Shown here one piece after another: positions 9,127 to 18,122 of a DNA stretch of 64,000 nucleotides. The stretch is from Candidatus Microgenomates bacterium (GTDB lineage: Bacteria; Patescibacteriota; Microgenomatia; UBA8517), in the NCBI GenBank assembly GCA_049519355.1, contig JBEKQV010000001.1:220491-284490 (forward strand). Reading direction: 5' to 3'. A model generated the notes under the pieces. It searched no databases. It was given only the letters and a program-made list of their open reading frames with translations, and was not told where the DNA came from. The first letter of the stretch is position 1. Each line of letters opens with the position of its first letter. Both the position numbers and the translations under genes were made by a program.

Positions 9127-9708
9127 ATGAAAAATTTTATGAAAGGTAAGTTGGGAACAGTTGTAGTTTTGATTTTCACCGTTATCTTAGCCGGAGTTGC
9201 CGTATTCACAGCCATTAGACTTTATCAGCTCAGACAGCAACCGGTTGCGCCAAATGTTCCCTCAAGTATTCCCCACGCTGCAGGAGTAACTTCCTGCACA
9301 CTTACTTTTACATTGGCTACGGCGACATCGACTGCAACCGCAACTGCAACAGCTACCGCAACTGCCACGGCAACAGCCACTGCTACAGCTACGGCAACAG
9401 CCACACCCACAGGAACTCCAGGACCAACCGGAACTCCTAATACCTGTGGAGGAACTTGCGGCAGCAACATTAACTGCGCAAGCGGCTACTATTGTAATAC
9501 GAGTGTTGGCTTTTGCCGAAATCCTTCTTGCCCAAGCCAGACAGACTGTAATTGTCCGGGTTCAACACCAACTCCTACTGGAACTAGTCACCCGACACCA
9601 ACCCCAACAGCTCCCGCTCTTCCCAGCTCTGGGACGGATTGGCCAACAATTGCAGGGGCAGGACTTGGTATATTTGTTGTAATCGGCTCGCTTCTCTTGG
9701 CTCTTTAG
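9127..9708 (+). CDS. Thr-Ala repeat / Cys-rich surface protein with C-terminal LPSSG-TM
   Basis: N-terminal TM, (TA)n tract, 8-Cys module, PT linker, then LPSSG and a hydrophobic C-terminus. Confidence 0.85.
   Translation: MKNFMKGKLGTVVVLIFTVILAGVAVFTAIRLYQLRQQPVAPNVPSSIPHAAGVTSCTLTFTLATATSTATATATATATATATATATATATATPTGTPGPTGTPNTCGGTCGSNINCASGYYCNTSVGFCRNPSCPSQTDCNCPGSTPTPTGTSHPTPTPTAPALPSSGTDWPTIAGAGLGIFVVIGSLLLAL
9316..9405 (+). repeat. Coding (Ala-Thr)n repeat, about 15 hexamer units (GCN ACN)
   Basis: Encodes ATATSTATATATATATATATATATATATAT with varied third codon positions. Confidence 0.9.
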
Positions 9709-9717
9709 TTCTAAGTT

Positions 9718-10005
9718 GTGGACACACTAATTTCCTTAACAAAACCTCTCCTAAATTTTATCCACGCAAATTTTGTAAATATCCTTGTGGCAATAGGTAT
9801 TATTATAGTTTCCTATTTGGGTTTTCTGGCAACAACAGCTTCTCTCAGAAAATTGAAGGTAAAAGTTTACTCATATTACCCGTTCGACCAATTTTTCCCA
9901 CAAGCCGGAAAATGGTCTATCATTTATTTCTTAATAGTAATTCTTTTACTCGGAGCTCTTATATATTTCCTGGGGAAGGGAGGATTCTATTTAAGCCCAG
10001 CTTAA
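9718..10005 (+). CDS. Small hypothetical membrane protein (2 TM)
   Basis: 95 aa hydrophobic ORF with GTG start that fills the gap at the end of the operon. Confidence 0.7.
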   Translation: MDTLISLTKPLLNFIHANFVNILVAIGIIIVSYLGFLATTASLRKLKVKVYSYYPFDQFFPQAGKWSIIYFLIVILLLGALIYFLGKGGFYLSPA

Positions 10006-10020
10006 GGTCAAGTTTTGTTT

Positions 10021-12468
10021 TTATCTCCAGCTTGAAAACCAGTAATAACTTTTATCCAGCCAAAGGGGAATGGAAAGCCCCGCCCAGTGAGGATAAAAAT
10101 AAATAAATAAAAGTCCCCCGGCAACAAAAAATGGGATTATCAACTTCGGAGTTCTTCTTAAAATATATCCTGTTGCAATCGTCAAAAACGGAATCGCAGG
10201 AAGATAGTGGTACAAAAACATAATCCGGGGAGAAAGCGCCCAGGGAACAAACATTACTAAATAACTGAAAACCACAAGACCAAGTTTTTTATTACGTTCA
10301 ACAAAAGCAACCATCGCGGAGACCACAACCGATGCAAATCCGAACCAAAAAACCAGCGGATTGCCAAAGGCATAAATTCTTGCAACCATTCCGCTTACCT
10401 CATCGCTTGTGTAAAGATAAATCGGCCGGATTAAAAATGGCCAGCTCCACCAAAGAGAGCTATACGGATGAGTAGCCCGAAGTCCAGTGTGATACCACCA
10501 CATTTGCTCCTGCATTCCCCACCAAACTGTAAGATTGTGACCGGTTAAAAACATGTCCGTATAGCTTAGGAGATAAACCGCAGCCGGCAAAATTAAAAAC
10601 CAAAGAATCGACTTGGTAAATTTCTTTTTCCTCCATAACCATAAAACTCCCAAAATCGGAATCGCCCAAACGGCCGACCATTTTGAAGCAAGAGCAAGAC
10701 CCAAAGATATCGCCGACCAGAAGTCGTGCTTCTTCATAAAAAGATAAATTGATAAAAGAGCAAAGAAAAGAATATAGCTATCGTTCATTCCAATTCTGCT
10801 CATAACCAGTGCAAGCCCATCAAGAGAAAATATTCCCGCGGACAGAAGTCCTATTGCCTCATCGTCAAAAATTTCTTTTCCCAAAAAATAAACCAAAAAC
10901 ACCGACCCGACTCCCAAAAGCGCACCCGGGATTCTCCAGCCAAATGAATTTTGCCCGAATATTGTCATTCCCAAAACCATTCCCAGTTTGGCCAAAGGCG
11001 GATGTGTCCACTCATATGCAAAACCGGGTGGGGGCGTGTTCCACCATTCCCAGGCCTTAGCCGCATCGGGGCCCATAATCACTTTTGCGGTAAAGGCGTG
11101 ATAGACCTCATCAAAATACATTGTGGAAGGGGAACTTAAATTAAAAACTCGGGTAATAAACGCAAAAGCCAATACGATAATCAGAAAAATCCTTGCCTTT
11201 TGTTTAGACAGGTGAATCTTGGGAATAACTTCTTCAGTTTTAACAGTCGGCTTGTTTCTACTGTCAATAAAACGATTTATAGCTGCAAACATTTTGCTCC
11301 ATTCCGATTTTAGGCCTTTATAAGCTAGGTAAAAAATATAAATTACAAAAGAAATATTTACTACCGCAAAAAATTTAACAACCATATATGAAAAAACTTC
11401 TTTGAAGTTGTCCGTTATCCAAATATAAGAGTAATAAAGATTAGCGCTATATGTCACGGAAAAACCAATGTACGGAATTAAAAAAAGAGGATTTTCAACC
11501 GCAATTATGGCCAAAGGCGCAAAAACCGGTAAAAGATGCCTTTCGTGCATTCTTGTAAAAAACATAAAACTTGATGCGAAAACAAAAGCAATCAAGTAAT
11601 AAGGTGCGTTTTTTATCTTTGATAACTTAAAACAAAGAAGTACCGTCACGCCAAGAACCACCAGATATCCGAATAGTTGAAAATAAATATTGTCGGGCTT
11701 CCAAAATCCGAAAAGGCTCCAAAAGTTGAAAGCGTTGAGTGATGTATACGGATATTGATTTAAGGAAATCCCCAGCCGCGAAAAAATAAATCCGATTAAG
11801 TTTCCAGAATTCCAAAACGGCACAAAACCGATTATGAAAACCGCAAGTGAAGTTAATGAATAAATTAAAAACTTAGAAAACTTCCATTTATCCCTTATCA
11901 TCACAAACAAAATCACCGGTAAAATAAATGCCGTTTGCGGTTTAATTAGAGTCCCCAAAGAAAGGATTGCCGCTGAAGCCAAATAAGAAGTATCCATAAG
12001 ATACACCGCCAAAACCGAAGTTAAGGCAGTTAGTGAGTCTACCTGCCCCCAAAGAGCTGAGTTTGCAAGGATAGCCGGATTAAATATGTAAATGCAGGCC
12101 CCGATTATGCCCCACCTCTCACCCTTGGATTTTTTGAGAATCTTGTAAATGAAAAGGCCCGTCAATAGATCCGAAAGTGTTGCCGGAATTTTATATAAAA
12201 CCACCTGAGGGAAAATGCCAAGAACGTTGATCTTTCCGAGTAACCATAAAAAATAAAGATACCCGGGTAGATAGTCACTCCAACTGTTATAAAAACTTTT
12301 GAGTCCATAATTAGCCAGGGATGTACTCCAGGCAATAAAGGTTCCCTGATCAAGGTGAAGTGTTCCAAAAAAAGAAAGAATAAATCTGACGATGAGACCG
12401 ATAACCAAAACGTATACAATATTGGGTATGAAGAAATTTCTGGGTTTGGCTTTTATTTTTTCTTTCAT
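10021..12468 (-). CDS. Double GT-C fusion: N-terminal GT87/ALG6-like transferase plus C-terminal protein O-mannosyltransferase (PMT/GT39)
   Basis: N half: SDYLPGYLY, WGQVDS, IKPQ, RMHERH. C half: YFDEVYH, EWTHPPLAK, HPYSSLWWSWP, FLYHYLP. Confidence 0.85.
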   Translation of the reverse strand: MKEKIKAKPRNFFIPNIVYVLVIGLIVRFILSFFGTLHLDQGTFIAWSTSLANYGLKSFYNSWSDYLPGYLYFLWLLGKINVLGIFPQVVLYKIPATLSDLLTGLFIYKILKKSKGERWGIIGACIYIFNPAILANSALWGQVDSLTALTSVLAVYLMDTSYLASAAILSLGTLIKPQTAFILPVILFVMIRDKWKFSKFLIYSLTSLAVFIIGFVPFWNSGNLIGFIFSRLGISLNQYPYTSLNAFNFWSLFGFWKPDNIYFQLFGYLVVLGVTVLLCFKLSKIKNAPYYLIAFVFASSFMFFTRMHERHLLPVFAPLAIIAVENPLFLIPYIGFSVTYSANLYYSYIWITDNFKEVFSYMVVKFFAVVNISFVIYIFYLAYKGLKSEWSKMFAAINRFIDSRNKPTVKTEEVIPKIHLSKQKARIFLIIVLAFAFITRVFNLSSPSTMYFDEVYHAFTAKVIMGPDAAKAWEWWNTPPPGFAYEWTHPPLAKLGMVLGMTIFGQNSFGWRIPGALLGVGSVFLVYFLGKEIFDDEAIGLLSAGIFSLDGLALVMSRIGMNDSYILFFALLSIYLFMKKHDFWSAISLGLALASKWSAVWAIPILGVLWLWRKKKFTKSILWFLILPAAVYLLSYTDMFLTGHNLTVWWGMQEQMWWYHTGLRATHPYSSLWWSWPFLIRPIYLYTSDEVSGMVARIYAFGNPLVFWFGFASVVVSAMVAFVERNKKLGLVVFSYLVMFVPWALSPRIMFLYHYLPAIPFLTIATGYILRRTPKLIIPFFVAGGLLFIYFYPHWAGLSIPLWLDKSYYWFSSWR

Positions 12469-13573
12469 TGTCTATTTACTTACTTCGGCAGGACGAACCC
12501 CTTATGACTATTTTACTCGACTTTCAGATTCTTTTTTACAGGGAAAGTTGTACCTGACCCAAAATCCGCCATGGCTTAACGAACTGATTCCGGCAGGACC
12601 AAACAAATTTTACGTAGTTTATCCCCCTATGCCGGCAATCTTGGCCATGCCTTTCAGATTAATTTTTGGGCAACTGTTTGAACAGCAATATCTGGCTCAA
12701 CTCCTAGGGGCCGGAATTGTGATTCTGACCATGTGTATATCATTTTCTATCAAAAAGGACAAAAAACTCGCCATTTGGGCTGGGTTTTTGGCGGGTTTCG
12801 GAACTATTATCTGGTTTTTGGCGGCAACCGGTTCGGCATGGTATCTTAGCCAAGTTAGCGCCGCTTTTTTTATGAGCGCCGCAATACTCGAATCTCTAAA
12901 TAAAAAAAGACCAATCTTAATTGGCGTACTTCTTGGCGCGGCATATCTAAGCAGAATTGAGATAATTTTATCTCTACCCTTTTTTCTATACATTCTTTGG
13001 GACAAAAATTGGTTAAAAAACTATTTAAAAATGGCAATGGGCCTTGCTCCTTTTATTTTCACCGACTTTCTTTATAACTTTTTAAGGTTTGGTGTCGTTT
13101 GGGACAAATCTTACATTTTAATTCCGGGGGTACTTAACGAAAGCTGGTATCAAAACGGACTTTTCAGTCCACTTAATATCCCCAATCATTTAAAAATAAT
13201 ATTTCTGGCCCTTCCAAAATTTATTCCCCAATTTCCTTATATCGAACCTTCGTGGGCAGGGCTCGCCATTTGGATTACGACACCCGCTTTTATTTATGCA
13301 TTAATAGCCAACATCAAAGAAAAGATTATACGGTTTTCCTGGCTTTCAATACTCTTAATTTCACTTTTGATTTTCAGTCATGGTACCACCGGCTTCTCCC
13401 AGTTCGGTTACAGATTTGCCGTAGATTTTTATCCGATTTTGATATTCCTAACAATAAAAGGCGCGGCCAAAACCGGACTAAAGTGGCACCACTATCTACT
13501 CCTAACTCTTTCAATTCTGGTTAACCTTTGGGGTGTAACTTGGATTAATAAATTTGGCTGGGTGAGTTTTTAA
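12428..13573 (+). CDS. Polytopic membrane protein, probable GT-C glycosyltransferase
   Basis: YVVYPPMPAIL, QFGYRFAVDFYP and about 10 TM. Start at MKKFLG, 7 nt after TACAAT. Confidence 0.7.
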   Translation: MKKFLGLAFIFSFIVYLLTSAGRTPYDYFTRLSDSFLQGKLYLTQNPPWLNELIPAGPNKFYVVYPPMPAILAMPFRLIFGQLFEQQYLAQLLGAGIVILTMCISFSIKKDKKLAIWAGFLAGFGTIIWFLAATGSAWYLSQVSAAFFMSAAILESLNKKRPILIGVLLGAAYLSRIEIILSLPFFLYILWDKNWLKNYLKMAMGLAPFIFTDFLYNFLRFGVVWDKSYILIPGVLNESWYQNGLFSPLNIPNHLKIIFLALPKFIPQFPYIEPSWAGLAIWITTPAFIYALIANIKEKIIRFSWLSILLISLLIFSHGTTGFSQFGYRFAVDFYPILIFLTIKGAAKTGLKWHHYLLLTLSILVNLWGVTWINKFGWVSF

Positions 13574-13575
13574 TA

Positions 13576-15063
13576 ATGAAAAGAAACATAATCTTTCTTG
13601 TAATTCTTCCCCTTACGGCTATTGGATTATTACTCCGTGTGTGGAATTTGAAATCCAACCCTCCGGAACTCTTTAGTGACGAAATTAGAGGAATCCTTTC
13701 CGCAAAAAGCATGATTGAAAGCGGCAAAGATATCAATGGAAAACCCGAACTTTATTTCTACAACCGGCTCGAACTTTACCCACCGGTCTACGGATACTTA
13801 GCTGCCTTAACTTCATATGCCATCGGTAATGACACGTTGGCGGTCCGTCTGCCTGCGGCAATTTCAGGAACTATTACAATAGCCCTTGTCTTCTACCTAA
13901 CCCTGTTGTTATTTAAGAACACTATTGTTGCCGCAACTTCCGCGTTTGTCATTACCTTTGCTCCCTGGGCAATACACTTCAGCCGTGTTGGCTGGGAACC
14001 GGGGATTTTCCTTCCGTTTATTATTCTTCCCATAATTTTATTCTTCCTTTTTTTGCATAAGAAGAAGAACATTTTTCTATTTTTATCTTTTATTTTCTTT
14101 GCTTTTGCGGTTTACACGACAAGATCTTCGGAATTCCTCTCGCCTTTATTTATGGTCATTTTACTCGCTCTCAACTTCCGCGAAATTAAGAAACACTACG
14201 TCCCGGTAGTTGCGAGTCTTGCAATTTTTTCTATTTTGATCATTCCTTACCTGTATATTTCCGCCACTCAACCTCTAATGCATGAAAGAGCGGATAGGAT
14301 TTTTACGTTCGCTGGCGGTGTTAATAAAACCACACTAGGGATTTTTGTCAGAAATTATTATTCTCACCTAACCCCTTCATTTCTATTTATAAACGGCGAT
14401 CCAAATCTTAGACAAGGGGCAGGAACTGGAGTTTTATTTTGGAGTTTCCTTCCGTTAATTATTCTTGGACTCGTTGAAACCTTCAAAAACATACCAAAAA
14501 AAGAATATAAATTTTTACTTTTGTGGTTCTTGGTTTTCCCTTTGGGAGGAAGTTTAACAAATGACGGAGTTCCTCACGCAACCAGAACGCTTATCGGCGT
14601 TGTAGCTTTTGCAATTCTTGCGGGACTCGGGGCAAGATTAATTTGGGAAAAAGGCCAAAAACTCTTCATAATATTCTCAATCATTTTATTCATTGCTTTC
14701 TCCCTCGAACTTTCAAGATTTTTGACAATTTATTTTAAAGATTATCCCATAAATTCCCAGGCTTGGTGGGAGTATGGACAAAGCCAAATATTTTCAATAA
14801 TTAAAACCAACACAAAAGGAGGTGAAAGTCTTTGTCTTTTAAACACCGATTACTGGCACGAAGAAACTTTGACAAAATATTACTTGGGCATAAATAATAA
14901 CTATAAAATTATTTACGACCCCAATAATCCCGACTGTTTTTCATCTCAAATCCTGGTTCTAAAACCCCAAGTTACTCCGCCTTTGGAATATGTTTCCATT
15001 AAAACAGTTAACAGCCTTGAGGGAAACCCAATTTGGACCGTTTACTCTTCATTGAAGAACTGA
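13576..15063 (+). CDS. ArnT/PMT_2-family GT-C glycosyltransferase
   Basis: LLRVWNL...PPELFSDE, AVRLPAAISG, PWAIHFSR and LFINGDPNLR motifs. Confidence 0.85.
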   Translation: MKRNIIFLVILPLTAIGLLLRVWNLKSNPPELFSDEIRGILSAKSMIESGKDINGKPELYFYNRLELYPPVYGYLAALTSYAIGNDTLAVRLPAAISGTITIALVFYLTLLLFKNTIVAATSAFVITFAPWAIHFSRVGWEPGIFLPFIILPIILFFLFLHKKKNIFLFLSFIFFAFAVYTTRSSEFLSPLFMVILLALNFREIKKHYVPVVASLAIFSILIIPYLYISATQPLMHERADRIFTFAGGVNKTTLGIFVRNYYSHLTPSFLFINGDPNLRQGAGTGVLFWSFLPLIILGLVETFKNIPKKEYKFLLLWFLVFPLGGSLTNDGVPHATRTLIGVVAFAILAGLGARLIWEKGQKLFIIFSIILFIAFSLELSRFLTIYFKDYPINSQAWWEYGQSQIFSIIKTNTKGGESLCLLNTDYWHEETLTKYYLGINNNYKIIYDPNNPDCFSSQILVLKPQVTPPLEYVSIKTVNSLEGNPIWTVYSSLKN

Positions 15064-16200
15064 TAAAAACCATTGATTAATATCTTGCCATTTTCCGTTT
15101 CCGGCTTTTGGAATAAACACCGACTGTTGATCATAAACCGCATTTACCGGCGGGTTAATCAAAAGTTCCTGGGGGATAAGGTACTGCTTTATGTCTTTGT
15201 CATCCTCCAAGGCCTTTCTTGCCAATATCCCGGCTGTCGGCAAATTTAAGTCCGTCTCAACATATTTTTTGATAACTCCCAACATTGCCAGATCAATCTT
15301 CGGTGAAAGAAAAACTTTCGGCTGCATAATTTTAGTTTTAATTGCATCAATAACCAGTTGTTGTCGTGCCTCTCTTGCAATATCCGTTCCTTCAATCCCT
15401 GCGGCGTGGCGGGAGCGGACAAACTCCAAAGCTGTATCACCATTCATTGTCTGAGAACCGGCATTAAAGCTAACTGTCTGATACCTGCAGGCAAGAGTCG
15501 GGTCACCACCGCAAGTATCGTTTTCCTTACCGGCAACCGGATAAAGATTATCCGTAAAACTATTTTGAACATTTACCTGAATGCCGCCGAGGGCATCAAC
15601 AATATCCTTAAAGGCCGAAAAATCAATTACTACTCCATATTGAATCGGCTCTCCGACAACTTCAGCAGTAATTGTTTTTGCAAAACCAATTTTTCCTCCA
15701 GGATAACCCGAGTTATTAAAATATGGAGTAGTTTGATCGCCCCAATAGTAAGCCGAGTTTATTTTCGCGCGGATATCGGGAATCCAAAGATCTCTTGGAA
15801 TTGAAACAATCACCAAATCCGGCTTTGTCAGGGAAACCGAAACCAGAATCATCGTGTCCGTTAAATCTGGGCTATCTTCGGGCCTTGCCCCACCGGCCTT
15901 TCCCATTACTAAAATATTCACCCGGCCATTTGTTGAAGCTATTTGTCCTTCCGGAACAGCCAAAAAATTATAAGCGGATTTTATGTATGTAGAAAGACCA
16001 ACGGCACGCGCCCAAATACAAAATGAAAACAACAAACCCAAAACAACTACCAAAATAACCCATTTTAACCAAGCGTGTTTATTTTTCTTTAGAGGAGTAT
16101 TTTCCAACACTTCAGGTGTCTTTTGCGTAATAGAAATTCCTTCAGAATTTATAGCACCACGTTCCCGTCCCCTGGAATGTGTTGTAGAATTATCAGACAT
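15049..16200 (-). CDS. LCP (LytR-CpsA-Psr) family glycopolymer transferase
   Basis: VNILVMG, TDTMIL, SIPRDLW, KINSAY, IVDALGGI, FVRSRH and DIAREARQQ. Alternative start 16209. Confidence 0.93.
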   Translation of the reverse strand: MSDNSTTHSRGRERGAINSEGISITQKTPEVLENTPLKKNKHAWLKWVILVVVLGLLFSFCIWARAVGLSTYIKSAYNFLAVPEGQIASTNGRVNILVMGKAGGARPEDSPDLTDTMILVSVSLTKPDLVIVSIPRDLWIPDIRAKINSAYYWGDQTTPYFNNSGYPGGKIGFAKTITAEVVGEPIQYGVVIDFSAFKDIVDALGGIQVNVQNSFTDNLYPVAGKENDTCGGDPTLACRYQTVSFNAGSQTMNGDTALEFVRSRHAAGIEGTDIAREARQQLVIDAIKTKIMQPKVFLSPKIDLAMLGVIKKYVETDLNLPTAGILARKALEDDKDIKQYLIPQELLINPPVNAVYDQQSVFIPKAGNGKWQDINQWFLSVLQ

Positions 16201-18118
16201 GTCAGACATAAGTATAACAGCTTCTAAAGCTGGTTCGACATATGATGTCGTAGCTGGTTTAAACGAACAACAAAAACAAGCAGTAACTTACACGGGAGGG
16301 CCACTTTTGGTTTTAGCAGGAGCCGGTAGCGGAAAAACCAAAGTTCTGACCCACCGCGTAGCTTACTTTATTTCCCGGGGCTTAATTAAACCTGAGAATG
16401 CTCTCTTACTCACTTTTACAAATAAAGCAGCGGGCGAAATGAAGGAAAGAATCTCGGCTCTCACAAACGGCAATCCGCCGTTCTCCGGAACTTTTCATTC
16501 CTTTTGCGCTAAGGTTTTAAGAATCGACGGCAGACAAATAGGCATCCCCATAAACTTCATTATTTATGACGAACAGGACCAGAAAGACGTAGTTAAACAG
16601 ATTCTTGAAAAAATGGATCTCTCTACGGATCAATACAACCCAGCCGCAATCCTATCCGGCATTTCTGAAGCCAAAAACCAGATGCTTAATCCCGAAGAAT
16701 ATAAAGAATTTATTAGAAGCGAGTGGCAGGAAATTGTCGCAAAAGTTTATAGCGAATACGAAAAGATGTTAAAAGAAATCGGGGCATTGGACTTTGACGA
16801 TTTGTTGATCAGGACCGTAAAACTTTTCAGGGAAGTGCCGGAGGTTCTGGAAAAATGGCAAAGAACTCTAACTCATATATTTGTCGATGAGTGGCAGGAC
16901 ACAAATAAAATTCAGTATGCTTTGACAAAACTCTTGGTGGGAAAAACAAAAAACATTACTGCAGTTGGGGATGCAAGCCAAAGTATTTATAGCTGGCGTG
17001 GGGCGGATTACAGAAACATTAATTATTTGATACGTGATTATCCCGATATAAAAGTAATAAATCTCGAGCAAAACTACCGCTCTACCCAAAATATTCTGGA
17101 CGCTGCAAATCTCGTCATCTCAAAAAACACAACACACCCGATTCTTAAACTCTGGACGGAAAAATCTGCCGGGGCAAAAATTAAACTTTACGCCGCCAGA
17201 AACGGTTTTGATGAAGCCGATTTTGTTGTCTCGGAAACCGAGTCGCTTTTATCGCAATCCCGAAAATATAGTGATATTGCCGTACTCTACAGGACCAATG
17301 CCCAATCCCGGGTTTTGGAAGAAGCCCTATTGCATGCCGGAATTCCTTACACCCTAGTCGGCGGAGTTAGATTTTACGACCGCAAAGAAATTAAAGATGT
17401 CATCAGCTATATTAAATATCTGGTCAATCCGAAAGACTCCGTCTCCAGAAAAAGAATTGAAAAAATAGGACTCCGGAGATTTGAAAAGTTAAAAGAAATG
17501 GGCACGATCGAAGGGATGACAACCCTTGATATTTTGGATGCAGTAATTCAAAAAACTGATTATCTGAGCCTTTTCCAACGTGAGAGTGAAGAAAATCTTG
17601 CACGGCTTGAAAACATAAAAGAACTTAGGAGTGTTGCCACCGAATTCCCCAACATCAACGAATTCTTGGAGAACGTTGCCTTGGTTGAAGCCCAACAGGA
17701 TTCCAAAAAACATATTGGCCTAAATATGCAAAAAGATGCCGTAACTTTAATGACACTTCATGCAGCCAAAGGTCTTGAGTTTCCGATTGTTTTTATTGTA
17801 GGAATGGAAGAAGGGCTTTTCCCTCATTCCCGAAGTTTAATGGATACAAATCAACTTGAAGAGGAGCGCCGCCTTGCCTACGTCGGGATTACCCGTGCCA
17901 AAGAACTCCTATACCTTACCTATGCCGCTTCCCGCCTCTATTTCGGAGAAAAAATCAGTAACCCTCCCAGTAGGTTCATTATGGATATTCCTGAAGATCT
18001 GATCGAAAACCTGGGGGAAAATAGTTTTTCCGCAGCGGGTGATTTAAAATTGGACTCAGTCGGGGACATTAAAGGAACTTTTGACGACATTATTGAGAAA
18101 TACCTAGACCATGAATAA
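16199..18118 (+). CDS. pcrA: ATP-dependent DNA helicase PcrA/UvrD
   Basis: LAGAGSGKT, TFTNKAA, VDEWQD, NYRST, TLHAAKGLEF and EEERRLAYVGITRA. The track start at 15983 is rejected because it overlaps the LCP gene. Confidence 0.95.
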   Translation: MSDISITASKAGSTYDVVAGLNEQQKQAVTYTGGPLLVLAGAGSGKTKVLTHRVAYFISRGLIKPENALLLTFTNKAAGEMKERISALTNGNPPFSGTFHSFCAKVLRIDGRQIGIPINFIIYDEQDQKDVVKQILEKMDLSTDQYNPAAILSGISEAKNQMLNPEEYKEFIRSEWQEIVAKVYSEYEKMLKEIGALDFDDLLIRTVKLFREVPEVLEKWQRTLTHIFVDEWQDTNKIQYALTKLLVGKTKNITAVGDASQSIYSWRGADYRNINYLIRDYPDIKVINLEQNYRSTQNILDAANLVISKNTTHPILKLWTEKSAGAKIKLYAARNGFDEADFVVSETESLLSQSRKYSDIAVLYRTNAQSRVLEEALLHAGIPYTLVGGVRFYDRKEIKDVISYIKYLVNPKDSVSRKRIEKIGLRRFEKLKEMGTIEGMTTLDILDAVIQKTDYLSLFQRESEENLARLENIKELRSVATEFPNINEFLENVALVEAQQDSKKHIGLNMQKDAVTLMTLHAAKGLEFPIVFIVGMEEGLFPHSRSLMDTNQLEEERRLAYVGITRAKELLYLTYAASRLYFGEKISNPPSRFIMDIPEDLIENLGENSFSAAGDLKLDSVGDIKGTFDDIIEKYLDHE

Positions 18119-18122
18119 ATAA

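Noticed and set aside
9225-9470. Minus-strand ORF with a (VA)n repeat
   Set aside because: Mirror of the Thr-Ala repeat in the plus-strand gene.
15983-16198. 72-aa N-terminal extension of PcrA in the ORF track
   Set aside because: Lies antisense to the LCP N-terminus and TM; helicase similarity begins only after 16199.
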